From: an uncultured Candidatus Saccharibacteria bacterium | Lineage (GTDB): Bacteria > Patescibacteriota > Minisyncoccia > Phycocordibacterales > UBA1006 | Assembly (NCBI GenBank): GCA_964350165.1 | Contig: CAYGJA010000001.1 | Span: 312,377 to 376,376, forward strand | Direction: 5' to 3' | DNA: 64,000 nt | Shown: positions 31,073 through 42,500 of the stretch, piece after piece | Layout: the number at the start of each line of letters is the position of its first letter | Position numbering within the stretch: position 1 is the stretch's first letter | Position numbers and translations under genes: made by a program | Notes under the pieces: model-generated | What the model was told of the DNA's origin: nothing | The model's database searches: none | The model's input: only the letters and a program-made list of their open reading frames with translations

Positions 31073-31726
31073 TCAATCTTTTGTGGTCAATATCACGCTC
31101 TCGATAACGGCTCGATCGGGCAAGTCCGTTGCCGCATAGAAATCTTTTCCAGCTACTGCGTAAGAACCACTAAAAACAAAAACACTTCCTTCTGAAGTCT
31201 GGACCAAGAGGCTTGTTCCATTGTGACTAATATTGCTAGAAATATTAGTTTCTCTAAGATCAGCGTACGCGCTCCCTACACCAATTCCAAGATTAGTCTT
31301 GAAACGAGAAGATAGTATTTCTATGCTTTTTACTCGACAGACATCCTCAATACTACAAACGGGAACAATCCGAAGCAACGGCACCGAGTCAACATCGTGA
31401 GCCACATATTCTTCGAACAAGGCGCCATTCTGACGGGTCAACAACACATCAATCCACCAAGGACTGGCACTTGTTTTTATGTCAGATATCAACATACCAA
31501 GCCGCAACGGCCCAGCATTTTCAGCATCAAAAAAATACTCTTCCGGGATGTTCTTTGCCGAACTAAACATCGACGAGACTGCCTGCTCCTCAAAAATAGG
31601 ATGAACCTCTTGAGAAAAAAAGCCTCTCGTTATTCCTCGATATACACCAAAAACAATCCCTGTCACAACCAGAACGGATACAATAAACCTCAGTAATGAT
31701 TGTAGTGTATTCTTCATGGTTCTCAT
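31073..31726 (-). CDS. Membrane-anchored hypothetical protein
   Basis: Single N-terminal TM helix; GIGVGS motif. Confidence 0.6.
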   Translation of the reverse strand: MRTMKNTLQSLLRFIVSVLVVTGIVFGVYRGITRGFFSQEVHPIFEEQAVSSMFSSAKNIPEEYFFDAENAGPLRLGMLISDIKTSASPWWIDVLLTRQNGALFEEYVAHDVDSVPLLRIVPVCSIEDVCRVKSIEILSSRFKTNLGIGVGSAYADLRETNISSNISHNGTSLLVQTSEGSVFVFSGSYAVAGKDFYAATDLPDRAVIESVILTTKD

Positions 31727-31743
31727 TTTAATAATGATACTTC

Positions 31744-33465
31744 CTAGAATAGTGGTAACGACAAGCGAACAGCTACTTCGTTCTTCTCGCTAGTTATCAT
31801 AATGGTACCACCATGCGCTTCAACATAAAAACGAGCCACCGAAAGTCCAACCCCCGATCGATTTGGTTGCTTGCGAATCGCAAGCTCTCCCCGATAAAAC
31901 AAATCAAAAACTTTTGCTTTTTCATTATCTGGCAAACCAATTCCTTCATTTTTTATACCAATAACAACCGAGCCTTCTTCGGAGGAAAGCCTGATCGTTA
32001 TTTTTTGACCCAAGTCACTATAATCCAAAGCATTCTCTAGAATCTTGGCAAAAGCAATTTGTATTTTTTCTATATCTCCTTCTAGAAAAAAAACTTCCGG
32101 CTTATCTCCGACTAACTGGAATTTTCTTTTTTTTAATCGAGCATCGAGTCGGTGTATTTCGGGTAATATGAAATCAGCCACGGTAAATGTTTCTTTTCGC
32201 AACGGCAGACTATGCCCATCCAGAATAGCCATGCCGGCCATCACGTCTCGTAAAACAGCAATCATTCGGTCAGATGCTTGTTGCATTCCAGTAACCAGTG
32301 CTTCTTGTTGTGGCTTGAGTTCACCAACCTCTTCTTCTTGAAGTGTTTCTATTGCCCATTTTACAACATTGAGTGGTGTGTTGAATTGGTGACTTAACAC
32401 ATTCAAAAATCTATTTTTTTGTTCCAACAAATCAGCCTGCTTTCGAAGACTTTCTTTTTCACCGGTAATATCAATCATCATTCCGAGCACACTTACACTC
32501 TGACTACGTTCGTCATTTGCCGCTAGAGTAATTAGTCGAAACCACGACACCGAGCCATCAGGAAGCATGTTCTTTATTTCTTTATCTAGCCCGTCACCAT
32601 CCTGAGAAATTCTTTTTATTTCCGAAACAAGCTCACCACCCTTTTCTACTCGAGCAAACCAATTTGTAATGCTTTTTATTTCTTTAGAATTTAATTGTAG
32701 TTTTTCTGCAAGAATAGGGCTCACCTCTACTACCCAAACATTTTCATTTCGAATACTAAGCTGAAACAAGACAGCGTCTTTTGTCCTAGAAATAAATTCA
32801 CGCAAATGAGTGTTTCTTTCTGATAACGACAAAGCCAAACCGTCTGCACTTTTTGCCAGTAGCATGCTTTGCACAAAATCTCGTCGAGAAAAATATTCAA
32901 TCATGTATGAAGCAAACATTCCACTAACATTTGCAGCTATCAAAAAAACGTTATTAATCAAAAAGACTTCAGCATCAAGGTGGACCACGAACAATGCGAT
33001 GATTTCATAAAACAAAATCATGCCCAATCCAGCTCGAACCATCCACAGATAGCGCAACCTGAGAACTGTGTAGCCGTACAATAAAAAGAGAATCATACCG
33101 ATAAAATAAACAGAGCCCAAATAACTGGCGTCATCAACAATAATTGCAATGTTGGTGACGCCAGCAATGAGCATGGCAAAAGCAGCCGCCGGCTGAACGA
33201 TTCTCCACTCTTTTGTATAGGACAGAAGAACCAGAAAAAGTGTAAAAGGAGCCATTGTAATCAAACGAATCGACCACATTCGCCAATGGTCACCTGGGAA
33301 CAAATAATAATCCAATGCCCCCAAAAGCATGAATAAAAAAACCGCCATTAATAACGAGACTCGGATGTGCTGCAGGTTTTGTAAATAATGTGCTTCTACA
33401 TATTTGGCTTCGTTTTTCTTATCAACAAAACGTAACGATAATCTGTCAAAGAGAACTCCATGCAT
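31744..33465 (-). CDS. Multi-TM sensor histidine kinase
   Basis: H-box LSHQFNTPL, N-box ENALDY, G-boxes NEGIG and GVGLS; start moved to MHGVL (33465) because the longer frame runs through a terminator hairpin. Confidence 0.9.
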   Translation of the reverse strand: MHGVLFDRLSLRFVDKKNEAKYVEAHYLQNLQHIRVSLLMAVFLFMLLGALDYYLFPGDHWRMWSIRLITMAPFTLFLVLLSYTKEWRIVQPAAAFAMLIAGVTNIAIIVDDASYLGSVYFIGMILFLLYGYTVLRLRYLWMVRAGLGMILFYEIIALFVVHLDAEVFLINNVFLIAANVSGMFASYMIEYFSRRDFVQSMLLAKSADGLALSLSERNTHLREFISRTKDAVLFQLSIRNENVWVVEVSPILAEKLQLNSKEIKSITNWFARVEKGGELVSEIKRISQDGDGLDKEIKNMLPDGSVSWFRLITLAANDERSQSVSVLGMMIDITGEKESLRKQADLLEQKNRFLNVLSHQFNTPLNVVKWAIETLQEEEVGELKPQQEALVTGMQQASDRMIAVLRDVMAGMAILDGHSLPLRKETFTVADFILPEIHRLDARLKKRKFQLVGDKPEVFFLEGDIEKIQIAFAKILENALDYSDLGQKITIRLSSEEGSVVIGIKNEGIGLPDNEKAKVFDLFYRGELAIRKQPNRSGVGLSVARFYVEAHGGTIMITSEKNEVAVRLSLPLF

Positions 33466-33549
33466 TCTTCTTTGGAACAAAGCAAAAAAACGCGAGCCAG
33501 GCTCACGTTTTTTTGCTTTGTTTGTATTCAAAAAATACATACCTAAAAA

Positions 33550-34260
33550 TTACTTTTTAGGAGCGGCTTTTTTGGTGGTTTTTTTGGTTGCTGGTTTTGT
33601 GGTCGCCTTGGTTGCCGCCTTTCGTCGGGTGGTTTTTTTGGTTGCTGGTTTTACTTGAGGTTTTTTGAGTTCTTTCATTGCCTTGGCAAAGTCACTACGA
33701 TGACGAATTACTTCGTACAAAACCACTAATGCAATCAAAAATGACAAACTAACAAACCAGGCCAGCAAAAATCCTATTGGGGATTTTTCTGGGGTCATCT
33801 CGGGAACAGTCACCGTGCCAGTAAAACGGTCGTACTGCATATCAACCCCCACCACTTCTATTACCACAGCATAATCTCCCGGCTCCAACCCCCTTAGGAC
33901 ATAGCGATGCTCAGTAGATAGTTCTCCACTAGTAAGACGTTGTTGCACAAGCTGATCCGGGTATCCAGCCCCCTCTCGATACAGCACCGTCACTGCCCCT
34001 GCGGACAAACGATTAGTTTGCCAAGTGAGTTCGGTCGAGCCATTTGCGTGCTTTGTGCTCTTTACTCCACTAATAACGATATCTGGAGCTTCGGTGACAG
34101 TCTGAGATTCTTCTGGGGCTAGGTCTATTTCTTCGGAGGCAACAGAGGTAACGACAGCGGCCGCACCTTCAGCATCGTCAGCGACTACTTCTTGGGCAGA
34201 AACAAAAGAAACAGGCAAAACCAATAACAAAACAGCGATTAATTTTAAAAGTGTGTACAT
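33550..34260 (-). CDS. Exported beta-sandwich protein with TM anchor and Lys/Ala/Thr-rich tail
   Basis: Signal peptide, FN3-like LTWQT...LRGLEPG.Y, TM helix, KPATKKTT repeats. Confidence 0.7.
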   Translation of the reverse strand: MYTLLKLIAVLLLVLPVSFVSAQEVVADDAEGAAAVVTSVASEEIDLAPEESQTVTEAPDIVISGVKSTKHANGSTELTWQTNRLSAGAVTVLYREGAGYPDQLVQQRLTSGELSTEHRYVLRGLEPGDYAVVIEVVGVDMQYDRFTGTVTVPEMTPEKSPIGFLLAWFVSLSFLIALVVLYEVIRHRSDFAKAMKELKKPQVKPATKKTTRRKAATKATTKPATKKTTKKAAPKK

Positions 34261-34345
34261 AGAAAAAGAGCGATTAGCAAACAACATATGTTTCAATTAT
34301 AGAACCCTGACAAATATTATGCTGGAGCCCCTGTTAACATCCTTT

Positions 34346-35209
34346 TTATTTTTGACATTCAGAACACCAGTGTGTTCCCCTGCCTGCTAGTTTCTCTTTT
34401 TGAACGATTCCTCCGCAACGCAAACAAGATTGCCCTTCTCGCTGGAAAACTTGCAAAAATCGAGAATAGCCCCCTTTTCCCTCAGTCGTATCCATAAAAT
34501 TATAAAAAGTAGTCCCCCCTTCGCGAATAGAATCCAGCAATACTTGACGACAAGCTTCGAACAAATCTTTTTGCTCTGCTCTGTTCAAATTACCAGCAAT
34601 GCGCTGCGGAGCTATTTTTGCTCGAAAACAAGCCTCGTCGACATAAATATTCCCAAGACCTGCTAGGTATTTTTGATTTAATAAAAAAGCCTTGATGCTT
34701 GTTTTTTTATGTTTGAGAATTTTTTGAAAATGCCCAAAATCATATTGCTCAGAAATTGGCTCAACACCAAATTTATTTTTTTCTTTTTCAACCTCAACCA
34801 AACTAGCTATTTTAAAATAGCCAAACTTGCGCATGTCGTTAAAGTACAATCGCGACTTATCCTCAAATTCGACGACGACGTGAGTATGCTTGTGTGGCAA
34901 TTCCAAATCACTCTTTGCCAATGTGTGCCCTCCCCCCGCCAGGCTTCCTTGATCTGAAAAAATAAGCTGTCCCGTCATTTTGAGATGACACAAAACAAAA
35001 ATATCTGGCTTTGAAGTTCTAAAAATAAGCAGTTTCCCTACTCGCTCAACCGCAACAAACTCTAACCCTCGTAATTTGGTAGAGATTTTTGTATCAAAAT
35101 TTACAATTTTATTCGGCTCGGCTTGCACAGACTGAATCTTTTTTCCTAGAATTCGCTGTTGCAATTGAAGCCGCACCACTTCTACTTCGGGGAGCTCTGG
35201 CATACCCAA
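34346..35209 (-). CDS. mutM: Formamidopyrimidine-DNA glycosylase
   Basis: MPELPEVE, HLKMTG, GLGNIYVDE, C-terminal zinc finger. Confidence 0.97.
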   Translation of the reverse strand: MGMPELPEVEVVRLQLQQRILGKKIQSVQAEPNKIVNFDTKISTKLRGLEFVAVERVGKLLIFRTSKPDIFVLCHLKMTGQLIFSDQGSLAGGGHTLAKSDLELPHKHTHVVVEFEDKSRLYFNDMRKFGYFKIASLVEVEKEKNKFGVEPISEQYDFGHFQKILKHKKTSIKAFLLNQKYLAGLGNIYVDEACFRAKIAPQRIAGNLNRAEQKDLFEACRQVLLDSIREGGTTFYNFMDTTEGKGGYSRFLQVFQREGQSCLRCGGIVQKEKLAGRGTHWCSECQK

Positions 35210-35219
35210 GCACTGTACG

Positions 35220-35717
35220 TTATTTTTTCAGGTCGGCAATATCCGCCAACACTTCATCGGCATGGACATCTGGCTTTACCTTTGGATAGACTTTGGCGAC
35301 AGCTCCATCTGGACCAATCAAGTACGACATGCGCTGAATACCGAGAAAACTCTTCCCAAACATGCTTTTTTCTTTAAAGGCACCGTATTCTTGGAGTACT
35401 TTTTTCTCGGTATCTGCCAATAATGGAAACGGGAGATTGTGCTTGTCTGCGAATTTTTGATGACTTTCGGTGGTGTCCGCACTAACACCCAAAACCACAA
35501 CTCCAGCAGTCTTGAATTCGGTCCAAGCATCACGAATCATGCAGGCTTCTTTGGTGCAGCCAGGAGTGTCGTCTTTTGGGTAAAAATACAAGAGTACCCA
35601 ACGACCACGGTAGTCACTCAGTTGATGGGTTACACCCGCTTGATCTTGTAATTGAAAATCTACGGCCTGTTCTCCTACTTTTATCATATACACCATGGTA
35701 TCACAGCGACCAATCAA
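35220..35717 (-). CDS. bcp: Peroxiredoxin Bcp
   Basis: YFYPKDDTPGCTKEAC; true start probably MIKVGE. Confidence 0.95.
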   Translation of the reverse strand: MIGRCDTMVYMIKVGEQAVDFQLQDQAGVTHQLSDYRGRWVLLYFYPKDDTPGCTKEACMIRDAWTEFKTAGVVVLGVSADTTESHQKFADKHNLPFPLLADTEKKVLQEYGAFKEKSMFGKSFLGIQRMSYLIGPDGAVAKVYPKVKPDVHADEVLADIADLKK

Positions 35718-36357
35718 TCGGTTCCAAACTGCGCTCCATCAACCAGGTATTAGTTTTTGAAAAATGACCACACCCAAAAAAACCTCGGTGGGCTGACAGA
35801 GGTGATGGGTGCGGAGCCTCTAGCACCAAGTGCTTATCTCGATTAATATGTTTTCCTTTTTTTTGAGCATGAGCCCCCCACAACAAAAAAACCAAATCTT
35901 TTTTTGTGTCATTCAAAACAGCTATCACCTGATCAGTAAATTCTTCCCACCCAATTCCGACATGCGAAGCTGGACGACCAGCCTCGACGGTCAGAACGGT
36001 ATTCAACAACAACACCCCCTGCCCAGCCCAGCTATTCAGACATCCAGAAACAGGAACATCACCGCCAATGTCATCCTTTATTTCCTTAAAAATATTTCTG
36101 AGTGATGGCGGTATTTGCACACCAGACAAAACCGAGAAAGCCAAACCATGAGCCTGACCAAGACCATGATAAGGATCCTGCCCTAGAATAATTACGCGCA
36201 CTTTTTCCAATGGAGTCATATCCAAAGCAGAAAAAACGAGATCCTCCTCCGGGTAAACAACCTTCCCAGCCTTTCGTTCCGCGGCCACAAAATCAGTAGC
36301 GGATTGAAAATATGGTTTTTGTTTTTCAATCTGAAAAAATTCTTGCCAAGAAACCAT
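35701..36357 (-). CDS. ung: Uracil-DNA glycosylase (family 1)
   Basis: GQDPYH, PPSLRNI, GVLLLN, HPSPLS. Confidence 0.97.
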   Translation of the reverse strand: MVSWQEFFQIEKQKPYFQSATDFVAAERKAGKVVYPEEDLVFSALDMTPLEKVRVIILGQDPYHGLGQAHGLAFSVLSGVQIPPSLRNIFKEIKDDIGGDVPVSGCLNSWAGQGVLLLNTVLTVEAGRPASHVGIGWEEFTDQVIAVLNDTKKDLVFLLWGAHAQKKGKHINRDKHLVLEAPHPSPLSAHRGFFGCGHFSKTNTWLMERSLEPIDWSL

Positions 36358-36378
36358 AAAAAAAGAAAGTATCGAAAG

Positions 36379-37209
36379 CTAATCAGCGTGCTCTTCCAGG
36401 TGGTGGTCATGCCCATCTTCTGCATGACTATGTCCAGCCAATTGGCCAGTCATCACCATGAGCAACAAACCAAGCAAAAAAGCAGCTATGTGAGCCGTGT
36501 ACTTGTCATGCTTGCGCCCATGTCGCACCGAATGTGGCACCAGGTCCTTGAGGGCAATATACAAAAAAGCACCACCCGCGACAGCTAGCAACGGACCCTC
36601 TAGATCATGCACCAATTCGGCCGCCACAAAAGCAATTGCAACCCCAATAAAAATAGTCAAAGAAGATAGCCCATTCAAAAACAAGGCTCTTTTTGTGGTA
36701 TATCCAGCCTCCTTGAACACAATAAACTCAGAAATCTCCTGGACAATTTCGTGAAGCCAAATAGCCAGCACTGTAAAAAACCCAAACTCGACCCCCACCA
36801 AAAAAGCCGGCACCAACAACATGCCGTCAACAATATTGTGAATGGAATCCCCCACCAGCATACGCTTGGCGGTACCAGTCTGTGGTTTGCAATCTACACA
36901 GTGGTCGTCGCTTTCTTCGCGATGATAATGATGCTCTGGCCAAGCCAATGAAAGAAGGTGAAAAAAAACAACACTACCCAAAAAATAAAAAATCGCCTCC
37001 ACGGCCGAAATCAATTCGAGCGCCTCGAGAACAACGCTTCCGCCAGCAATAATAAAAACCCCCGCTGCAAAAGAAACCAGCACTGCCTGATATTTGCGAT
37101 AGCCCTTTTGGAATAATTTGGCAGTAAGCAGGACTCCCGAAAAACTAGTAGCTGCGATTATCGTAGCTGCCGCCAGCACATAGAAAATTATCATTGACGA
37201 TTCGTTCAT
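36379..37209 (-). CDS. ZIP family metal transporter
   Basis: GDSIHNIVDG, HEIVQE, His-rich loop and tail. Confidence 0.93.
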   Translation of the reverse strand: MNESSMIIFYVLAAATIIAATSFSGVLLTAKLFQKGYRKYQAVLVSFAAGVFIIAGGSVVLEALELISAVEAIFYFLGSVVFFHLLSLAWPEHHYHREESDDHCVDCKPQTGTAKRMLVGDSIHNIVDGMLLVPAFLVGVEFGFFTVLAIWLHEIVQEISEFIVFKEAGYTTKRALFLNGLSSLTIFIGVAIAFVAAELVHDLEGPLLAVAGGAFLYIALKDLVPHSVRHGRKHDKYTAHIAAFLLGLLLMVMTGQLAGHSHAEDGHDHHLEEHAD

Positions 37210-37302
37210 ATGAGGTTGATTATAGCCAATAATACCAATATTGTCTGGTCTTTTTTAGATATTTTTTTCTTTTTGAAAAATTCTAGATTCGAGAATCTTA
37301 AA

Positions 37303-37833
37303 CTAGAGGCTCTCTTCCCATTCAACGGCAGCTGTTATCATTGGTTGAATTTTTTTTCCTTTTTCTGAATCATAAGCCCTGTAGTCATTAGGATATTTTT
37401 CATAAAGCTCTCGCTTAATCTGAACATATTTATCAAACATATCCTTGTGCGCTCGAAGATAATTGCGAAAAGCCAAAATTGGCCTTATAGCAGAAGACCC
37501 TCTGGGTAGAACGTGAATGCTGAAAGTTCGAAATCCTTGCTCATTATCTTTTGTAAAATATTCTTCGCCAATACCAGTGTAGTTACCCCTGCAAACAAAA
37601 CCAAGTTCTTCCATTTTTTTATAGAAATCAACAACAACAGATAAATCCTTAACTATAATCATAATATCTATCTGTGGCTTAGCAAACATTCCGACCAGAG
37701 AAGTGCTTCCGATGTGCTCGATGGCAACAACCTCTTTGCCAAAAATTTTCCGCAACAAAAGACTCTCTGCTTGAAAATCCAAAGCCCACTGATCATCATA
37801 TTCAACTAGTCTATAAGGTCTCGCTTTTGTCAT
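37303..37833 (-). CDS. GrpB family protein
   Basis: IEHIGSTS..MFAKPQIDI, FRNYLR, Y...K. Confidence 0.9.
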   Translation of the reverse strand: MTKARPYRLVEYDDQWALDFQAESLLLRKIFGKEVVAIEHIGSTSLVGMFAKPQIDIMIIVKDLSVVVDFYKKMEELGFVCRGNYTGIGEEYFTKDNEQGFRTFSIHVLPRGSSAIRPILAFRNYLRAHKDMFDKYVQIKRELYEKYPNDYRAYDSEKGKKIQPMITAAVEWEESL

Positions 37834-37887
37834 GGAGCTTTTAAAATTTTTTTATGTGACTCTGAGTATACATCAAAACAAAAGATA

Positions 37888-38646
37888 CTACCATCTCGAA
37901 ATCTCCCCCACCACCGCTCTGTGGTCGCTGATATTGGGTACGAGCGTGACATCACTGGCAACGAACTCTTTTGGTGTCCAAACATAATCCACCATATATT
38001 GTTGAATCGCCGGCACCTTTTTCCAAGCTCGATGCAATGGATCCAAACTGCAAGTATATTCTTTTGGAATAGCATCCGCATAACCAGCCTCGACGAACAA
38101 TTTATAGTTTGTGTTGTATCCGCGTGGAATATTAAAATCACCACACAACACCATCGGTGGCATCTCGGCAAGCATGGCCAGGAGTTTTTGGGTGTGCCTG
38201 GTCTGAACTTCATTTTCTACTCCTTTTGGGACGACGGTATGATGCAAGGTGCCAATTTGCATCACTTGATTATCCTGATCAGCAACTTCTACCCACAAGA
38301 CAGCATGATGGGAACAATGTTCATAAGAACTAAACCTATCCGCCGAATCAAATACCGGCAAGACATTCCCAGCCAGATGATAGTAAAACAGCCCTCCCTT
38401 TTGGGGGGTTGTTTTGGAAAGAATAGCAATTCCACGCATATCTAACTGGCCATTCGTGCTCCGAGGATGCTGGTCGTGCGGAACAACCATCGCTTGATAT
38501 CCGAGTTCTGCCCCGATCTGATAGGCATCAGACACAAAGACCTCCTGTAGACAGATAGCGTCCGCCTCTGCATCAATCAAAAAATCCCGGACTCGGTCCA
38601 GGTGGCGATCGCCTTCACAATTTAGACTTACCAGCGACAATGACAT
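37888..38646 (-). CDS. Endonuclease/exonuclease/phosphatase family protein
   Basis: SLN, ICLQEV, CGDFN, VDYVW, SDH. Confidence 0.92.
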   Translation of the reverse strand: MSLSLVSLNCEGDRHLDRVRDFLIDAEADAICLQEVFVSDAYQIGAELGYQAMVVPHDQHPRSTNGQLDMRGIAILSKTTPQKGGLFYYHLAGNVLPVFDSADRFSSYEHCSHHAVLWVEVADQDNQVMQIGTLHHTVVPKGVENEVQTRHTQKLLAMLAEMPPMVLCGDFNIPRGYNTNYKLFVEAGYADAIPKEYTCSLDPLHRAWKKVPAIQQYMVDYVWTPKEFVASDVTLVPNISDHRAVVGEISRW

Positions 38647-39039
38647 AAAACTTGAGGCAGTATAGCAAAAATAAAAATCATCTTTTTATATAAAAAACCC
38701 AAACATGATTATTTTTTTGGATAGGTTTCTATTAAAAAAATACTAACCAGACCACTCTTTTCGTCCTTTTGGACTCATCAGGACAAATACACATTTTGGC
38801 GAGAGTGAGCTTTTTCGAGGGCAACAGTTTCGTCAGTAATAATGCGCCACCGCGAACGATAAAAAAGTACCCACTCTTGTTTATCTCTTTTTTTAAATGA
38901 CAGGACGATGAACAAAACTCCAGAAAAGCTAGTGATAGTGACGAAGATCCCTGACCACAAGCTATCTGTTCACAAAATTGAAGGGAAAGATAACCCTGAG
39001 GCAAGCTAAGAACGAAAATTCTTGGTGTATAATTTAGGC

Positions 39040-39585
39040 ATGAATAGCCTAGAAGTAGTTGAAATAAAAATCCCCAAATTCATAACTTCTGAAGAATTAC
39101 AACACTGGTGGCAAGAAATACCCAACAGCTTGGCAGGGCAAGAGATTCTTATTGTCTCTAGCCAAGACAGTCTACTTGATGGACTAACAATACAGAACCT
39201 GCTCTCTTCACAAAATCACGAAGCCACTTCTGTCATGGTAACAACCCCAGAATTTGATAGACCAATACGTATTTTTTATAATGACAACGACCCAAATATT
39301 TATGCAAATCCGACAATAGCTTACGATCTAACGATCGTGTCTCCAGTAAACATCATTGTCCCGGCCAAACCAAATCAGAATACGTCGATCTATTTAGACA
39401 AATTTCCAGAAGCAATTAAGCCAGAAAAAATTTTAGAGATAAGTCACCATTTTGTAAACAATTTGAGCAAAAGAAATCCAAAAAATATCACCATTAGTGG
39501 ATACCGTCACAACTACCTGGAATTAATAGTGGTTATGGCTGGCGTTATTAATTCTAAATTATCTTTTATTTTGGATATAAAATAA
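39040..39585 (+). CDS. Hypothetical protein, possibly two degenerate Csx3-like domains
   Basis: ITSEEL..IP..LAGQEILIV..NHEATSVMV.TPEF and IKPEKI...ITISG resemble the Csx3 pattern from memory; weak. Confidence 0.45.
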   Translation: MNSLEVVEIKIPKFITSEELQHWWQEIPNSLAGQEILIVSSQDSLLDGLTIQNLLSSQNHEATSVMVTTPEFDRPIRIFYNDNDPNIYANPTIAYDLTIVSPVNIIVPAKPNQNTSIYLDKFPEAIKPEKILEISHHFVNNLSKRNPKNITISGYRHNYLELIVVMAGVINSKLSFILDIK

Positions 39586-39591
39586 TATTGT

Positions 39592-42500
39592 ATGTTCGAT
39601 GGAAATAAACAAAAAAGAGAAAGGTATCCGACTGGTCCCTTGGTCAGATTGGGGGAAAAAATAAACAATCAAGATCTTGTTCTAAAAAACCAAAGTCCTA
39701 CAATTCTAGAAAACTGGCGTCTCAAACAAGCTCCTGATGGAAAACTGGAACCCTTGATTCTAAAAGCCCCAACCGGATCGGGCAAAACAATGTACGCGCC
39801 ACGAATCCTATTAGATACATTAGAAAAAAATACCAAGAACAAACCAATTCTGGTTCTTCAGCCAACTGTGGCAGCGGCAATCAATGCCCAAAAGGGGCTG
39901 GCAGCCTGTCTAGGCGCCGAACATCATGCGGAAGAAAAAGTCGGAATCATGACCTCTCGAATCAGCAATGGCCAAAAATGTTCTGTTCAGATATCCACTC
40001 CAGGGGTACTCTATAGCATCTTAATGAAAGAAGGTGTCGCCGGTCTAGGGCGTTATGCGGGTTTTGTAATTGACGAAGTACATAACAAATCTGAACAATA
40101 CGCATTTATCATTGGAGCACTCAAAGTAATGCAAGAACAAGACCGCTTGCCTCCAACTATTTTTACTAGTGCCGAGTTTGACGTAGAAAAATTCAAAACA
40201 GCCTTCAGTAGCGGTTCAGTAGAAGAGATAGCGTCTCGCCTGCACCCGATAGAGCAGTCATTTTTAGATACAGAAATCGAAGAACCTAATAATAACGAAC
40301 ACGAAGAATATCAAACAACCAAAAACAACGCCGATCTACGAAAAGAACTTGAGAACAAAAAATATCTTCCGCATGTTTTTAACAAAATAGTAGAATTTGC
40401 CAACGAAATTCCGGAAAACGAAAATAACGGCGATATTCTGGTGTTTTTGACTGGCAAAAGAGAACTGGACGAAATATCAATTGAATTACAAAAAGTACTA
40501 GACCTCAATGATTTTAATATTATTCAATATTACCGAGACGCCAACGAATCTATAAAAGACGATGTTGAAAACAGAAAAAACGTTAGAGCCGGACAAAGAC
40601 GTATTATTCTTTCTACTAATGCGACCGAAACAGGTATAACTATCCCTCAATGTGGATATGTGGTTGATTGTGGTCGCCGAAAGCACGATGTCTATAATCC
40701 CCAAAACCAGACCGACGAATCACACATATCACTTATTTCTCTCGAAGAAATGATCCAACGAGCTGGTCGGGCTGGTCGAAACTTCCCAGGCAAAGCGTGG
40801 GTTGCCTTGCCAGAATGGGCCGCAAACAACGCAGAAATAATAGACCCTTATCGCAAGACTGATTTGGCATACATCAATCTGGCAAAACTCATGCTTTCGA
40901 CAAAAAAAATTGGCTACGACCTAGAAAACTTTCCTTTTATGGAAAACCCTTTTAACACAGATTCGATTAATCAAGCCAAGCAAGAATTATATTACGTAGG
41001 TGCAACAACTTCTGGTGGATCTTTGACTGCTGAAGGTCGCACCTACGCCGAACTTCCCTTTAGTCCCAGGCTGTCTAGATTATTTCTAGAATCAACTAAA
41101 AGCAAAACGGTACCACTGGCCATGGCTATCTCGGCTTTACATGGTGAAGAAAATACTTATTTAAAACCGCCTAAAGAATTGGTGGAAGAAGGCCGGGAAC
41201 AACGAGATAAAAATTACGCTTTCGAAATTGTAAGACAAATAATTCGCGATACCTTACCTGGTGGTTTTGATCTTCCCAAAAGGAGTCAACTACTTTCTTA
41301 TCTAGAGACAGAAAAAGAAAAAAATAGCCTAAGTCCTAGTTCAATTGCCAGCTATATTACCAATGGACTTGAAATAACCCTGCCACCGAACGTAGACTTG
41401 GAGGAAGAAATATCAGCCATTAGCTACGATACCTATCCCGCCTATGCCGTCAGCAATATAATTAATTTGGTGCAAAAACTACGCCAAGTAAAGCGCTCGG
41501 ATGCACTCAGCCAAATAAACCTATTTGCCAGCGGTCTAGCAAATGGTTTAGCTGATTACGAACGAGCCAGAAACAGAGAACACCGTAAGCAACCAGTAGG
41601 AGCACATGATCAACAAAAATCTAAAATATTTCAACAATGGTGCCGAGATTATGGAATATCTCCGGTAGGGCTCAGTAAAATGTATAAAATCGTCCACAAT
41701 CAACGATCTAGTTTAAAAAAATGGGCAACAAGTCGTTCCTCGGGCACGCCAACTCAGGCGACCGATATCCTGCATCAAGCTGGGAAAGGAATAACTCAGG
41801 AACAAGTAAATAAGTTTTTGTTATTAATTTCTGACCCGGAGACAAGAGACAAAACCTACGAAGAGATAACCAAACTAATGATAACCTGCTTTCCTGACCA
41901 CGTCGTTAGATTAGAAAAAATAAATCCCAAAAAAAGTTATCCGTATATTAAAGCTGTTCCCGTGCATACAGGAATGCAGAAATCTCTTCATTTAAAAGTA
42001 TCTCGGTCTTCAGACTACAAAAACAGCGACGGTTGCTACTGTACTTATCTACAGAGACACAAGCCAGCCGAAACGGCCGGGGTCTCTTCTACTTATGTAC
42101 AGGGTTTGCATGAAATTAGCCCTGATGAAATATGGGAACATATGCCCGATCACTTGAAGACAATTACGTCTAAAATAGACCTAACTTACGAAGAAACTGA
42201 GCAAAAATTAATTTTTATTGACAGTTACAAAATAGACTCAACAACAATAAAAAATGAGCAGCGAGAAGCCGAATCGGGTAAAAAATTTTTCCAAACCCTA
42301 AAAGCCTGCCTGGAAAAAGATTGGGATTTTAACAACTCAAACGAAAGGACCTCCGTCGAAAATGGGCAAGAATTAAATCTTTCCGCCCTGATCAACAGAG
42401 CGCGCCAGGACTTTAAGCAAAACCTTAACAAAGTAGAACAAAGATATCTACTAGTACATCAGATGGTAAAAGGAAGCAGTGGTGAATTTTTACTTGAGGA

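Noticed and set aside
33466-33540. N-terminal extension of the histidine kinase given in the ORF track
   Set aside because: It runs through a palindromic terminator (the same peptide appears on both strands); the downstream ATG is preferred.
38732-39004. Small minus-strand ORFs (90 and 60 aa)
   Set aside because: Overlapping alternative frames with no clear start or motif; possibly a gene remnant, but not supportable.
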